Assembly: GCA_012026655.1 (NCBI GenBank)
Contig: JAAILG010000140.1
Span: 62,001 to 126,000 of the forward strand
Direction: 5' to 3'
From: Hydrolagus affinis
Lineage: Eukaryota
DNA: 64,000 nt
Shown: positions 48,161 to 61,179 of the stretch, one piece after another
Position numbering within the stretch: position 1 is the stretch's first letter
Layout of the letters: each line of letters starts with the position of its first letter
Translations under genes and position numbers: made by a program
Notes under the pieces: generated by a model
The model's database searches: none
What the model saw: the letters and a program-made list of their open reading frames with translations, nothing else
Told to the model about the DNA's origin: nothing

Positions 48161-50205
48161 TTTCAAATTTAAAGTGGTATTGTAAAGATTGTGTATTTTT
48201 GGTCATATGGAGCAGCGAACCCACCCACAATAAATTTACAGTTACAGTGTACAGTTATGTAAATTTTGCAGATGCAATTCATCTCTGAAAGGCATTCCAT
48301 TGCTCCTAAAAGACAGAATTTTGAAAGGCAGACTGATGGTACTTATTATTTGCGAAGCTTAGCTTATTATTGCGAAGTGTTGCTTTCTCTGGATTGTTTT
48401 GTCAATAATGCTTTGTGATTTTGTATGCTTTGTGTTGAAAATGATGTTTTATTCTAAAAATACTCTACAGTTCTGTTGGAATTTTGACCATGGATTTGTC
48501 CTTTTAAAGCAACAATAACTCCCTTTGTTAGTAAATATCTGGGGACTGTGTTTTGGGTGTTTGTCCACTAAACGTTGGCTGGTGACCTGGGGCCCATTAT
48601 TTTATTTATTGTGAATGATACTCATCTTTCTCGCATAAACTTCATTTTATTGTTCCTAAATCCCGCTGCTCTTGTTTTTGTTGACTTTCAGTCAGTGCTC
48701 ATGATCAGAAATCTTAAATAATTTTCTACAGTAATTTCTTAGAAGCAGTTATTTCAAAGTGCAATGCATGAAGGAACAGGCAATGCATTAGGATTTTGTT
48801 TCCCCCTAAAGCAAATGGTATATTTCTAGAATTTCAGTCATTGTCTAACTATGAAGTGTGAGCTGATTTCATAATACAATTCACTTTGTAATCAGCACAA
48901 AATGTGACTTGTTGTGGAAATTATAGTCCTAAAGATCAATTTTGTTTTCTTTGGCCAAACATGTTGGAAGAAGGCGTCTTTCTAAAGTCTGATTGTTTTT
49001 ATCAGCGGTAGAGAAGCATAGAGTTAATAACATGGGAATTCAGGGAAGACATCTGGAGGAAACTGTGGGTGTTACTGTGCGGCTCGCAGCTTCGTACCAG
49101 TCTCTGCAAGGTAGCTGTCGTGTTCCTGATTTATCATTACCACACGTCATGGGCTGGCAAAATAGTGACTGTTTAACACATAAAATACCACAGTCTGTTC
49201 TTTCTTATTCAGCACCCGATGATGCGATTATCCACGAAATTTAAAACATCAACCAAGGCGACAGAAAACTGTATTGTGCAAGTCCTTCATCAATAAGCGT
49301 ATCCTCAGGGAATGTCAGGAATAACCATGTTCATTTTGGATTCCCTCACATCTATCATTTACACCTATTTTACTGCATATGTCGATATGCTCCTGTCATC
49401 CTATTTGCACAATGGTTATACCATCCCAGCTGCTCTTCTCTAAGTCATGCACTTTCTTCCAGACTACCTGCTGAATCCTGGCGTTTGGCATTTGCAGTCT
49501 TCATTTTGTCCGTCATGGAGCTCCTCAATGGAATAGGGCTTCTTTGCATTAGAGAGGGAGGATATATACCCACAAACACACACATACATACATATATCCA
49601 AGTTAAAACACCCTGGCAAGGTTCCATTATAAATAACACCCACCATGATTCACACAGCCTTATCTGCAAAATAGTATGTTGTTCAGTTATTGTGCACCAG
49701 CAGCTCTGTATTTTTACATATTTTATGAGATGGCTCATTAACTGCTCCAGAAGTGTGAAATATTCTTCGTCACTTTTTTTTAAAAGCCCTAACAAAGTTT
49801 GTCACCACACAAAAATAGAGGCACACTGAGGCCTATTGGAGTTCCATTAACACATTTGTTGAATAGGCTTTTCTTGATTTTTTTTGTTACATTTAATGAA
49901 GCCTTCTAGCACCTGTCTCCGTTCTGTAGTGGCTACTCTTCTGATGTTGGCTCACAAGGTGAGGAGTAGGTTGCCTGGGAATCCAGTCATTCAATTGCCT
50001 CTTTAATGCTATAGTGTATGGTAAACCGTACAACTTCAAGTTGACCCCAGTGGTTGCCTCTATGAGATTGCAGAATTATACAAGTTGAGGACAAAAGTAT
50101 TGTTGACTGCCACCTGAGTGCAGTGTTCACAGTATCAATGCAGATACTTTGTGGACAATGCGGCCCTTTTGTCACAAGTCTGCATTCTGAATCTCAGCCC
50201 CATTG

Positions 50206-50568
50206 TGGAGTCCTACAGCTCAGTGGTTAGAGCACTCACCTTGCAAGCGGGAAGACCTGGGGTTCGTTTCCCGGGCAGGGCGACACGTTAGGCAAGTTTC
50301 ATCGCTCCACATGCCACTGTATACCTAGCAGTAAGTAGGAACCCAGTTGTTAGTTCGATTGGCAGATCGCTTTCTGATCTTTTTTTTTAAAAAATCTTTG
50401 GTCACTCAATCTACAACTGTTTGTAGGACACTGCTGTGCGCAATTGGCTGCTGTGTTTTGCCCACAAAATATACAGTCAATTCACTTTACAGATTGATAC
50501 ATGAAGAGATTTGGGATGGCTTGAATTGATCCAAGTGCTATATCAAATGCAAGGATTAATATTATTAT
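50206..50568 (+). mobile_element. Full-length tRNA-derived SINE, long variant
   Basis: Same head, core and tail as 11816 but with a different, longer linker at about 50315-50385. Confidence 0.92.
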
Positions 50569-52019
50569 GCACTGGTCTCATAATACCAGATACCTCATTC
50601 CTATCACCAGAGCCTGAAAATTGTGCTTCTCATCAATAATGGGTTGAGTTGAAATTAAATACTCCCTTTCTTTCTCTGTGCCTCTCAGCCGTGCAGTGCT
50701 GCCAGAGTCCCTGCTTAATTGACCTTTATCCCTCTCTTTATGTTAAATAGTTTAACTGCAGTCGCATTAAACCTGGACAATTCACTTGTTTGTATAATCT
50801 TCCAATTTTTCTATCCCTTTTCTGTGCAACATGGTCAATAAAATTAGCAAACCCAGGAATGTCGTGACCCTGTGATCTACTTACAAAATTAATATAATCC
50901 TCTGGACATATAAAGCCCTTACAGCCATGTCATTAAATGTCACAATAGTAGCTAACATTTTGACCTTTTTCTAAAGTGCCAACAATTAAAATAGTATTAG
51001 AATTCCACAGAAGAAAGCGGCTCTTCGAAGCACCAGAACATCAAAACAGCATCAGTATCTTTTGTCGCTGTGCACACTGTGATTTTATTGAATTATTGTG
51101 AAATGTGACATGGCGTGGAGTATAATAGTCCCATCAATTCATTTTCTTGCTTTTCCTAAATAAGATAACTCTCCCATAGTTATAATGATGATTTTTTTTT
51201 CTGTTTGGGTATGTGAGTGAGTTTGTGAGCAGCGCTCAACATTGTGACAGATGAAATCTGTTTTTCCTCACTGGAACCAAATTCTTAAGAAGAAAGCAAT
51301 AACTTCAGTACTGTACTGGTTTCCTTCAGTATTCCTACTCACAGATATGTGTCTGACCTTTGTAACACAGTCTAGCCACAGGACTCTTCTTTCGCATGCA
51401 GTCAGCGCAAAAACATAACTGCACTGTCTTTAAGTCAATGAATACTGAAGGGTAAGTGTGTTCTACTAGAATGAAGGACTTTGATGATAGGTACTGGAAT
51501 TCCTTGTTTAATTACAGAGACAACCTGACAAGTAAACACAACTGTGAGTTGCACATGGTTATTTTAGAATCACACTTTTGCTCTTTTCATACTTTACCTC
51601 TCCTCTCACACATATGAACTTAGCAAATGGAACACGATACACACTGAAAATTTTGAGGTTAATAATTCTTAAAAGTTAGCAAAACGCTGACCCAAAGGGA
51701 AACAAATTAACGCAGCGTGATGCACCAAAAGGAATGTGTAGTGTGATGCATCACTGTTGCAGTGAAGTTGGAATTTTCTATATCGTTAGAGAAACATTGT
51801 ACAGAAACAACTAAATAGATACTTGAAATGTCTTCACCATCAGTTCCAGATACGTTTTTATGAACTGTCTTGTTGAGAAAAAACTGTTGTACATACAGTG
51901 TAGTAATTCACTAATAATACTGTCTAGAAGATAACTGGCAAATATTCAATTGGTACACGTATCGGTCTAGTCACTAGAAATGGTAAGTTCTGATGTAAAT
52001 GTCTTGGTTATGGAGGTAG

Positions 52020-52093
52020 GAAAGTTATGCTGGGATTTGTTATGTCCCAGTTGGCATATTATGTTCAGTTTGGAGTTTCCCAATAGAGGAAAG
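52020..52093 (+). mobile_element. CR1 RT remnant
   Basis: Translates as FVMSQLAYYVQFGVSQ*RK, resembling CR1 LVRPQLEYCVQFWSPHYRK. Confidence 0.6.
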
Positions 52094-53329
52094 TTTTTTT
52101 TAATTTGTGTTTTTTCTGTTTATCGATTTTATAAGCTACCAACTTCTCTGATTTTGTGACTCTAAATCAATCGTTAACCAGCTAAAACCGGCATCGTGCT
52201 GTGAGATATTTTGCTAAGATGATACAGTTTTTGGATAAAAATAGGATTCCATGTTATAAATAATCCAAATGTAGATGATTAAGTACTCTATGGAACACTA
52301 CACTTCCCGTTCTGTAGGATACTGAGATATTGGCTGTAGAATGCAGCTTCAGGGATGAATGTTATGTATTTGAATAGATTACCGGACTTGAGGAAAAGTG
52401 GGAGTGGGAAAAATTGGTAAATATTTCACAGCAGTTTTTTTTTTCTATTTTTGTTTGTGCTTTGTTGCTTCCTTCGAAAACTTCACTAACCCACCTGGAG
52501 TGCACGCACAGATGAATCGCAACATGGACAAGTGAAATCAATTGACATGATGTGCAAAATGGCTTTTCTGCTTGTTTCCATAGTTAATTTACATTACGAT
52601 GCCATGCATCTTCAGTTTCTGTGTTAATCAGCACCCAGTGACCCATTTTCTCTCTTGTACATAAGTAGAAATTCAAGCCTTTCAAACCAGATAGATTTAT
52701 TTTAGAATCGATTCCTACCATAAGCTGCAAATTCCTGCCCTGTTCAAGTACAGTGTGTAGAATATGAGTGTAATTGTTCTTGGCAGTTCAGCTAGTGTTT
52801 TACTTTTTGCTATGGTGAAAGTTCTTGTGTTTATATTGAAATTCAGGGAAAGTCCTGGCAGTGATCTTGTGTGCTTGATGACCTCCCCAATCTTAACATT
52901 CTTAGCACATGATGTGTAACAAGTATGTCTCCTGTTTTTGGAAACCTTTTTTTTTCAATACATGTCTGGTAAGAATAATTAAAATACACGGATGGATTCT
53001 GTGAAGGAACAAAACAGCCTCAACAGAAGTGTCCCTGGATAGTTTTCTAGTTGCTCACATTGTGAACCTTCACAGTCACTCATTATTGGTAAATGTTTCA
53101 CCGACAGACACATTTACATGTTCACAATGGGTCAGAATAATCAACAACATTTCAAAATGTTTACAACATTTGTGAAAAAAAACTTTGTAAAGTAGTATAA
53201 ACTTGGGTTGGTGCTTTTTTTTTTGCAGTGAAGTGCGGTTCAGCGATAAATGTTTAATAAATGTTTCCACAAGTTGAAGCATGCTTTGAGTGGATGGGGT
53301 GAAGGAAAGTTGGGATCTGCATATGACAT

Positions 53330-53561
53330 AAAACCATGGGCAAGTTTCCTTACTCCACAGACCTAATAATAATCCCTTGAAATTAATTGGTCATTTCAAT
53401 CCATTTGTGGGATACCTCTGTGTGCAATTGGCTGCCGCGTTTCGCTCACAAATATATAGTCAATTCACTTTAGAATATATTTTGTGAAGCACTATGAGAC
53501 ATTTAGATTTTAGAAGATGTGAAAAGCAATATTATCAACTGCGAGGATTACTATTATTATT
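53330..53561 (+). mobile_element. 5'-truncated SINE
   Basis: GGGCAAGTTTCCTTACTCCAC...CTAATAATAATCCC...core...GGATTACTATTATT. Confidence 0.9.
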
Positions 53562-53654
53562 AATTTAACTCCCAACACATTGCTTTCATCCTGGTTTGGT
53601 TGGTTGTGCGTTTGGTTTCAATTTTTTAAAAGTAGCTGGCTATGATTGTTGAAC

Positions 53655-53708
53655 TTGGAGAAATCTTGACGACATGATAAGGTGCTATATCAAATGCAAG
53701 GATTATTA
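53655..53708 (+). mobile_element. SINE tail fragment
   Basis: GACATGATAAGGTGCTATATCAAATGCAAGGATTATT. Confidence 0.75.
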
Positions 53709-55827
53709 GTGATATAGTTCGCACATAACGTAAATTCTAATTGAATCACTGTGCACTAAACAATGGAAATAAACTTTTTCCATGGAGCATCTATATAAAG
53801 TGATTCAGGAAACACTGCAAACATAGATAGTATTGAATTAAAAGGAGTACAGAAGACGAGCGCATATTTATGTGTTTAAATGGCATACGGCACTCTTGAT
53901 TGCTGTGCTTTTGGTGTACAGTACTATAATACAAAGATCTTATTTGTCATGGAGAAATCTACCATCAAATACAATTATTTCAAATTAAATGCTACAGATC
54001 ACATGAAATGAAATCAAAGCACAGGAAGTGATTGTTTAGCCTGTACTGGCAAAAACCTACTTCCTGCAATAAACATGCCTGTGGCTACCATTTGGCTCTA
54101 AAATCTGCTGTAGTGTGCATATTGTCGCGCAAAGAAACAGCTGCATTCATAGCACACCCACTAACTATCACTATTAAAATTGAACCAAAAACCATAGTCA
54201 TTAGATTCAGAACATTTGGAATGCAGATCTGAATGCCCCACTTTTAACATATATTTTAGCAGCATAAAACATTTGCGTTCTTCACAATTAACATATACGG
54301 AATATGCATCTGAATAAATACACTCGAAGAATAAAAAGTGCAGTCAGTGGCAATATGTACATAGTGTTCAATAGGCTTCTAGATGTTCAAAGTGGACTTG
54401 CAGTCAAAGTATGATACAATTTGCATTTATATTGTGTCTTTCATGTAGGGTGGGCATCTTTCACTCGATTGCTTCACAGTGCACACAATGTGACCTGCCC
54501 TCATATGTTCATTATTTGTTACCAGCATTAATGGGCCTTAGGGAAGTATAAAGGAAACTTACGAGGCACAAGGAGACAGGCTAAAGACGCTCTCCTTAGT
54601 CTATATAATTAATTGACCCACATCTTTAATGTTTGTAATCATTTATTTATTCATCTGGCCACCGAATTTGTGGTATAATTGTCGAAATTCATTATACAGA
54701 AGAAGAAATAGCAGTTTAGGATTAGCCGCAAAGAATCTGCAAAGCAGATTAAATTAGTGGACCTGTTCTGTTACATTAGATGTATCAGAATTAAGAAATG
54801 GATAAGATATGGTCTGCAAGCAGAGTTCAAATGGTTTGGAGTGTAATGTAGGTACTGTATAAGCTACTGTCAGTCAATATCACCGAAGTATGCATGTCTT
54901 GTGCTGCTGGCAGCTTTGGCCCAGCCGGTTATACAGTATTGTTACTTACATATTTAGAACTTTTGTTTGACAGATGACAAAGACTGAAACACCATCTTCT
55001 AATTTCAGACTAAATCCATAAAACAGCCATTAAAGTCATGTAAATCAAGTGAACAATATCGTATCATGGGACAATAGAGTGAAAGTTTGTTATATTACAG
55101 ATGCATTTTCATTGCTTAGGTTTTTATAGGTAGTGATTGAAGTGTAATCCTTTTACAATGGCCCACTAGATGTTTGCCATCTGTTGTGTTCTTAGCCTGT
55201 ACGTTAGTACGTTATATGTTATTGCTTTGTCTGGACATACCAAGTCATGTGGAGGAGGCAAACTCTGGAAGAGCAAGAGTAGATCCTCCCACTGCACACT
55301 ACATTTTTACAGATCTTGTTTAGAATTGCTCTACTTAAGAGCGTTGATAACATTAGCTTGTAAAAGCTAGTATTCATGACTTGTTGGTATGCAGGATTCA
55401 GGGGCTGTGGTCAGTGGTATGGTGTCTCTCTTTTTCTACCACCCTGTGCGACATCAGCTCATCACTATCTTTGCTCTTCATTTTACTATTCTACCTGACA
55501 AGCAATTTGAATACTTACTCATTGAGTGGACTTTCAAAATGACAGAGGGGAAATGAGAGGTGATTTCCCCATCGTGTGGATATTATGTTTTTAGAAGTGA
55601 CTTCAGTGTCAGGAATGCAGCATTTTCTAAAAGCATCGGCTTTAGTTGCCACTTGAGGAAGAAGAAGTCACTCAAAAAGCAAATCTGTACTCAGGGCAAA
55701 TCACTTGATGTCATGAGATAGAGATGCTTCTGGACAACCAAGATAATATGCAGCAAATAACATCTACCAAACATCCTACACAGCTAGTCTATCTCAGATG
55801 TCAGCCTTTTCTTGCCTTTCATGTTCA

Positions 55828-56022
55828 TTTGGAAGCAACTCTTGCTTCTGAGTTGGAAGGTTGGAAGCACCACTTGAACACTCCAATGCAATGTTGGGGG
55901 AGTGCTGCAGTCAGAGGTGCCATCCTTAGGATGAAACATTACACTACCGCATCTTAGAGCACTTAAAATCCTGAGGCAGTTTGAGATGTTTTGAGGTCGT
56001 GATAAGACAACAAATGAAAGGA
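55828..56022 (+). mobile_element. Internally deleted older DeuSINE (SacSINE1/AmnSINE1-like)
   Basis: Head CAACTCTTGCTTCTGAGTTGGAAGGTT, Deu start GGGAGTGCTGCAGTCAGAGGTGCCATCCTTAGGATGAAACATTA, tail TTTGAGATGTTTTGAGGTCGTGATAAG. Confidence 0.7.
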
Positions 56023-57412
56023 TCAGTTGTTTTTTGTATTGTCAAGAGATCAAGGCACTGAAATTGCTGCTTAAGGTCACTGAAGGAAGGAGTCATTACA
56101 CCTCAGACCTACAGATGCAATAGTCTTCGTGAAAGCCAAGAATTTTTTTTAAGGAAGTGAGGAAAGACTCTCCGAATATCTCCACTTGTGTCTGCCTCAG
56201 TTTGTGTTAGTGAAAACACCAAACTTTGTGTAATCTGAACTGAACACGTAACCTTAGCCACCTTCATCCCTACTTGTGATACAAAGATATTTAATGAAAA
56301 GGACAGTCCTTATAGCATGCGATTTTACTATATCATGTCTGATTATGATCTAGTAGAGTCTAATAAAGTCAGTTATAAGTTCCTCAATGGACTTTGGGAA
56401 AGCTTCAGTGGGGACTAGGGAACATGTTTACCATAATGAAAGGCTTGTAATGATAGTCTTTGACTATGTTCTTTTTAATAGTAGCTTGGTTTCATTATAT
56501 TTTATATGCAAGTAGAGTCGCAGTATTGGATAATGCTTATTTATGCTTCCTTTAATAAAGTCTTCCCATTGTCGCACTGGGCTACTTTGTCAGTGTTTAT
56601 TCATGTTAAAATAACACAGCTTTTAAATACCCTGAAGTCATGAGAATTCATATATGCACTTCTTGGGATGTGTCATGTTAATCTCTACGTGCATTATACA
56701 GAAATAAAATTCTGAATAGCAGCTTTACCTTAGCTTGTTGAAGAAAATAAACACAGAGTAAACTTCAAAAAATTCAGTAAACTCTTGAATTGTAAAGACA
56801 ACTCAAATGTAGAAAACAACTAGAAGTTGTGCCTTTTTTTCTCTTTACAAAAATGAAGAAAAGGGATCATTTTTATATTTGGATACCAAGCAAAATCCCC
56901 CCTTTGCAAGTAATCATGTATTCTGGAAACAGTGAGAGTCCAGATTTATTACATTTACAGTCGAGGGAAGCATGACCAGTGTAAAGTTATCTTATTAGCA
57001 GTATAGAACTTGAGATGCAGAAATTCTGGAAAATATGTGGGTGGTGGTAATTCTAATGAATGCTCCAATTTCTTATGGTTAGTGGTATTAATGGCTAAAT
57101 ACCAAGTCAAGCAATTTATTTTTTTAAAAAGTGCTAAATGCAGGACTTCATCTGAAACCTGCAGTCGTAATACTTCATCAGTTTGACTGGTGATTGACGC
57201 AAGTTTGGCTTTTGAGGCCATTCTGCATAGTTGCAACAACCAGGTGTGTATTTGAACATGACAAAGAATGCATCTCACAAAACCATCTGAAACTATAATG
57301 GGGGCACTGTGTTACATCAGCTTTCTCACAAAATATTTACAAATAGAAGCGGTAAAGAGCCTTCATAAAGAGAGAGTTAAAACTTAAAAAGCCTATTGTC
57401 ACTGAATAAAAT

Positions 57413-57420
57413 TGACGTCA
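57413..57420. promoter_or_regulatory. Full palindromic CRE (TGACGTCA)
   Basis: Exact motif, with three further CpGs within 25 bp downstream. Confidence 0.35.
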
Positions 57421-58867
57421 CATAAGCGAACGTGTTAACCGAAGCAGTTCAAATACTGTGTTGATGTAGAAAGGAGCAATAGCTGAACAGGCATCACAAA
57501 ATGTGCACAAACATATTTTGCAGTCCAATAATGAATGACAGTGTTATGGTTTGTTTGTCAGAATGGAATGGATGGATCAGGTCCCTCAGCTCCCTTATAG
57601 CTTAACCAGCCTTGACTTGCATTGTGGTGACACGCATCTGCTGACTCGAAGTATCGGCGTGTTAAGCTTCAGGCTGACTGGTGGGCCATGCTTAAAAGAC
57701 TTTTGGCATGTGCTGGTGCCTGCATTTTTCACCCTTGACTGAAAGCATATGCTCTACACAATTGAGACAGTGTTAGTGTGTAGGTCCTCCACAGTTTCCT
57801 ACACATCTGGCATAGCTTGGCCCTGCTTCCAGGTGAATCATTTCTCCTGGGAGGGTGACTTGCAGCTCTGTGGCATCTGCAGGGAATGGCGTGAGTGGCA
57901 GGAAGTGTCTGAGTCCCTCTGAGGGCGAATTTTGTCTACACATGCTTTTCCAATTTCATCAGACATTCGTAATACATTCTAAGTGACATGGTTTAATCAA
58001 GCATAAATGAACTAGAGGCCGATTGATAAAAATTGCCTCTGACCCTTAAAGTTTCATGTCATGGGCACAAAAAGGTAATTAGGATTTCAGATCAAAATTT
58101 GCTTCAGTAGCTTAATACTGTGGTATGTGGTATATATTAAGTGGGCATTTTGGGTCGACCAAATCATTAAGAAATCAGATAACTTTTTTTTCTGATTCTG
58201 GATAGGAGGTCAATATTAATAATACAGATTTAATACAGATACAGTTTTAAGTAACTTTCATTGTTTGACTGGGTGACTCGGGCAATGATTCGGTACAGGA
58301 ACATTTTTCCAGGATGAAAAATTAATCTTTTCATACAATATCAGTCCGTTTGAGACAGTTTTAATCCAGATGTTAGCTTGTGTGCAGTAATGTGAAATTA
58401 AGTTGAAGAAGATTTGAAGCCAAAATGTCATTCTGAGCTCAATTCTGATGGACCTGTCTCCTTTGTCTTACGGGGAGAGGAAAGGAGAAAAACAAGCGAT
58501 ACAGCTGAAGTTAGCAGTAATAAACTGGATTACAAGGTGTGCATGAATGGTTCTTCTATGGACGGATTTAAAATTGATTTTGGTTACAGCTGTGAATACT
58601 TCTGCACTTGTTGGCAGCACTACTGACAACTGTAGTCTGTTTTATTATTTATTACTAATACCGGTATTTGGAGTGTCTTTAATGTGGTTCATTGTCCATC
58701 CAGAGTCTATGGAATTTACATGACTGCAGATCTAAGACCTTAGTAGTTCACTTATCTGGGTACAAGAGTGAAACAGCAGTGTGCTGATGTTTTGTCAGTT
58801 CATTGCTATCACCTATTCTCTGGAGTTATATGGCAGAGATGACTGTGCAATAGATTAAAATATTATC

Positions 58868-59040
58868 TGTTTTCATCTCTGTGATTAAGGATCAAATCCA
58901 GCCAAGATTGATGATATGAAAGTCTATCTGACTGTTGGAAGTCCTAAGTGAACTTAAATTTTTAATTCCTAGTGGACATAATTTTATAGTAGAAAACACT
59001 GCCAATGATTAGTAAATTGGTTTACAATTGACCTCCAGCT
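58868..59040 (+). mobile_element. LF-SINE-like ancient SINE relic
   Basis: TTTCATCTCTG...GATCAAATCCAGCCAAG and TTCCTAGTGGACA recall the LF-SINE segments TTTCACCTCT...GTTCAAATCCAGCCCAGG and GTTCCTAGTGGACA (from memory). Confidence 0.55.
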
Positions 59041-59744
59041 CACTCACAGAAGCTATAACTCTCCAGCTCTCGTGGGAAATGGAAATGTCATCCTGAAAAG
59101 GGGCGCTGTTCTCTGTCGAACAAAGAGGTGTTTCCTGTGCCTAGGATCATAAATTGTCACTGGAATACATTCACTGATCTATTGTTAAATTTGCTGGTCT
59201 CAATCTAGCAAACCATTGTTCAATTTGAGCTGTACACACTGCAGTCATCTCTTCGTGTATGTGTGTACATTTGTTAAAAGTAACCACTAACCTCTTTAAC
59301 GACGGAAGGGAACAAACATACCATGCTGGGGGCTGATCCAAACAAGCAAATCACCCCTTTGTCTTCGATCTCACAGATCACTGATGGTTTGTAGAAAAAT
59401 ATTTTGCTGCATATCATGGACTTTCAATTTCTTATGTTGTAAAGTTACTCTGTTATTGGAATTTGCCTTGGTTGATTGTTATTCCTTATAAATATGACCC
59501 TGAAGAACTGCATCCAGGCTAAAAATGGACCTCTTCCAAGGTCCACACATACTGAAATGAATCAAAAATTTGTAACATTTCGCCTGTATCTTGTGTCCCA
59601 TATCTCATTGAGGTTCTGCAGAGGCAGAATGCTAAAACTATCATCACATCTCACTGGTTAGAGCATTGTTTAAGTAGATCAGTGGACCACACATGTATCC
59701 AGGCAAGACCCAGAGCAACACATCCATAGCAAAATGAAACGCCG

Positions 59745-60172
59745 AAATTTGCAAATATACAGTTAATTCGCTCCACAGTATATTCTGTAAAGCGCTTTGA
59801 GATGTCTCAAAGATATGATAAGGCACATCCCATAGCTCAGTGGTTAGACCACACACCTTACAAGCGAGAGAACTGGGTTTAATTCCAGACCGGGCGAAAC
59901 CTTGGGCAAGTTTCCTTACTCCACACGCCTAATAATCATCCCTCCCAAAAAAACAATAATAAATTGGTCATTTCAATTCACGACTGTTTGTGGGACACTG
60001 TTGTGTGCAATTGACTGCTGCGTTTTGCCCACATACATAGTCAATTATCTGTACTGTATATTCTGTGAAGCACTTTGAGACATCTAGATGTTATGAAAAG
60101 CGTTATTATATCAAATGCAAGTCAAAAGGATCATTATATTTTTTATTATATCAAATGCTAGTATTATTATTA
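59745..60172 (+). mobile_element. SINE nested in a SINE: full copy (59827-60146) inside the tail of a truncated copy
   Basis: Outer tail breaks at GATAAGGCAC (59826) and resumes as TATATCAAATGCTAGTATTATT (60147). Confidence 0.88.
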
Positions 60173-61179
60173 ACAAGCCTGAAACAGATACTCCAAGATT
60201 GTTGTTCTTAACACTGTTCATCATAATTGTTGTCAACATCAGATGGGTTGGCTGACTGTGACAAGTAGGTAATTTTGCCACACCCCTTTCTTGAGTGGAA
60301 TAGTCTCAATTAAACCCCCTCAACTCTTACTGGGATCTGTCAACTGAGTACCAGGCCAGATGAGGCCCAGGATTTGGGTGTGTACAACTAGCAGCTTGCA
60401 ATTTTTTTTACGAACCCTGTACAAGGCATGAAATCAAAATGAAACTCTTATCATGCCTGAGGAGTCCATGATGTTGTAAGCCTGATAGTTAGCATCTACG
60501 AAAGCTTGTCGTTTTTAGTATAGGGTAATATACTAAATATAGTATATAAATATAAACATTTATATTTATAACTAAATATAGCTGTTGAAATAAAAGTAGT
60601 AATTAATATTGCGATGAATAATAATTTGGGGATTTAAAAAAATATATACCCAGAGTGTTTTCTTTTACTAGTACATTTCCAGTGTGAAGTGTTTTACTCT
60701 GCAAGCGGTCCTCCGTAATCAGCAAACCAAAGGTTCAGTTAATCCCACAAACTTTTCATTTATCGTCTCCAATTCCAGAGGAGCGGTGTCCTGATGCTGC
60801 ACAGCACTCGATTTAACAACCAGACACACAATTCCTCCCACTGGAACCACAATGGGATTGCCAGGCAAATGCTAGGATTTGAACTCCGAATATTTGTGAC
60901 TGCTAAAAGTATTGAGCAACATAAGCATAAAATTGCCATTGAAATGTTTTAATTATTTCCAGTTAGAAGTATTTTTTTTCCAAAAGATCAGACAAATAGG
61001 TTTTCCTCATGTGTGGGATGACCACAGAGAGCAAGCATTGCCACTGAAATACATTAACTGCTTCCATCATTGTTTTAGTGAGTGATTTTGAACAGCTGTA
61101 GGTCATGCAGGGGAGGATGATTTCATTTAAACATTTCAGATTTGTTGTATTTCCTAGGAATGTCAAAAGAATACATCTT

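Noticed and set aside
49006-49110. Possible exon TTTTATCAG|CGG...CAAG|GTAGCT
   Set aside because: Open only in phase 1, incompatible with the phase-0 first exon; weak donor; no recognisable protein
49250-49800. Overlapping ORFs on both strands, suspected transposase remnant
   Set aside because: No DDE, RT or other motif recognisable in any frame
51345-51457. AG...GG|GTAAGT exon-like segment
   Set aside because: Stops in all three frames; no further support
57833-57890. Possible 58-nt phase-0 exon (VNHFSWEGDLQLCGICREW)
   Set aside because: Splice signals are only moderate and the peptide is unrecognised; cannot be distinguished from chance
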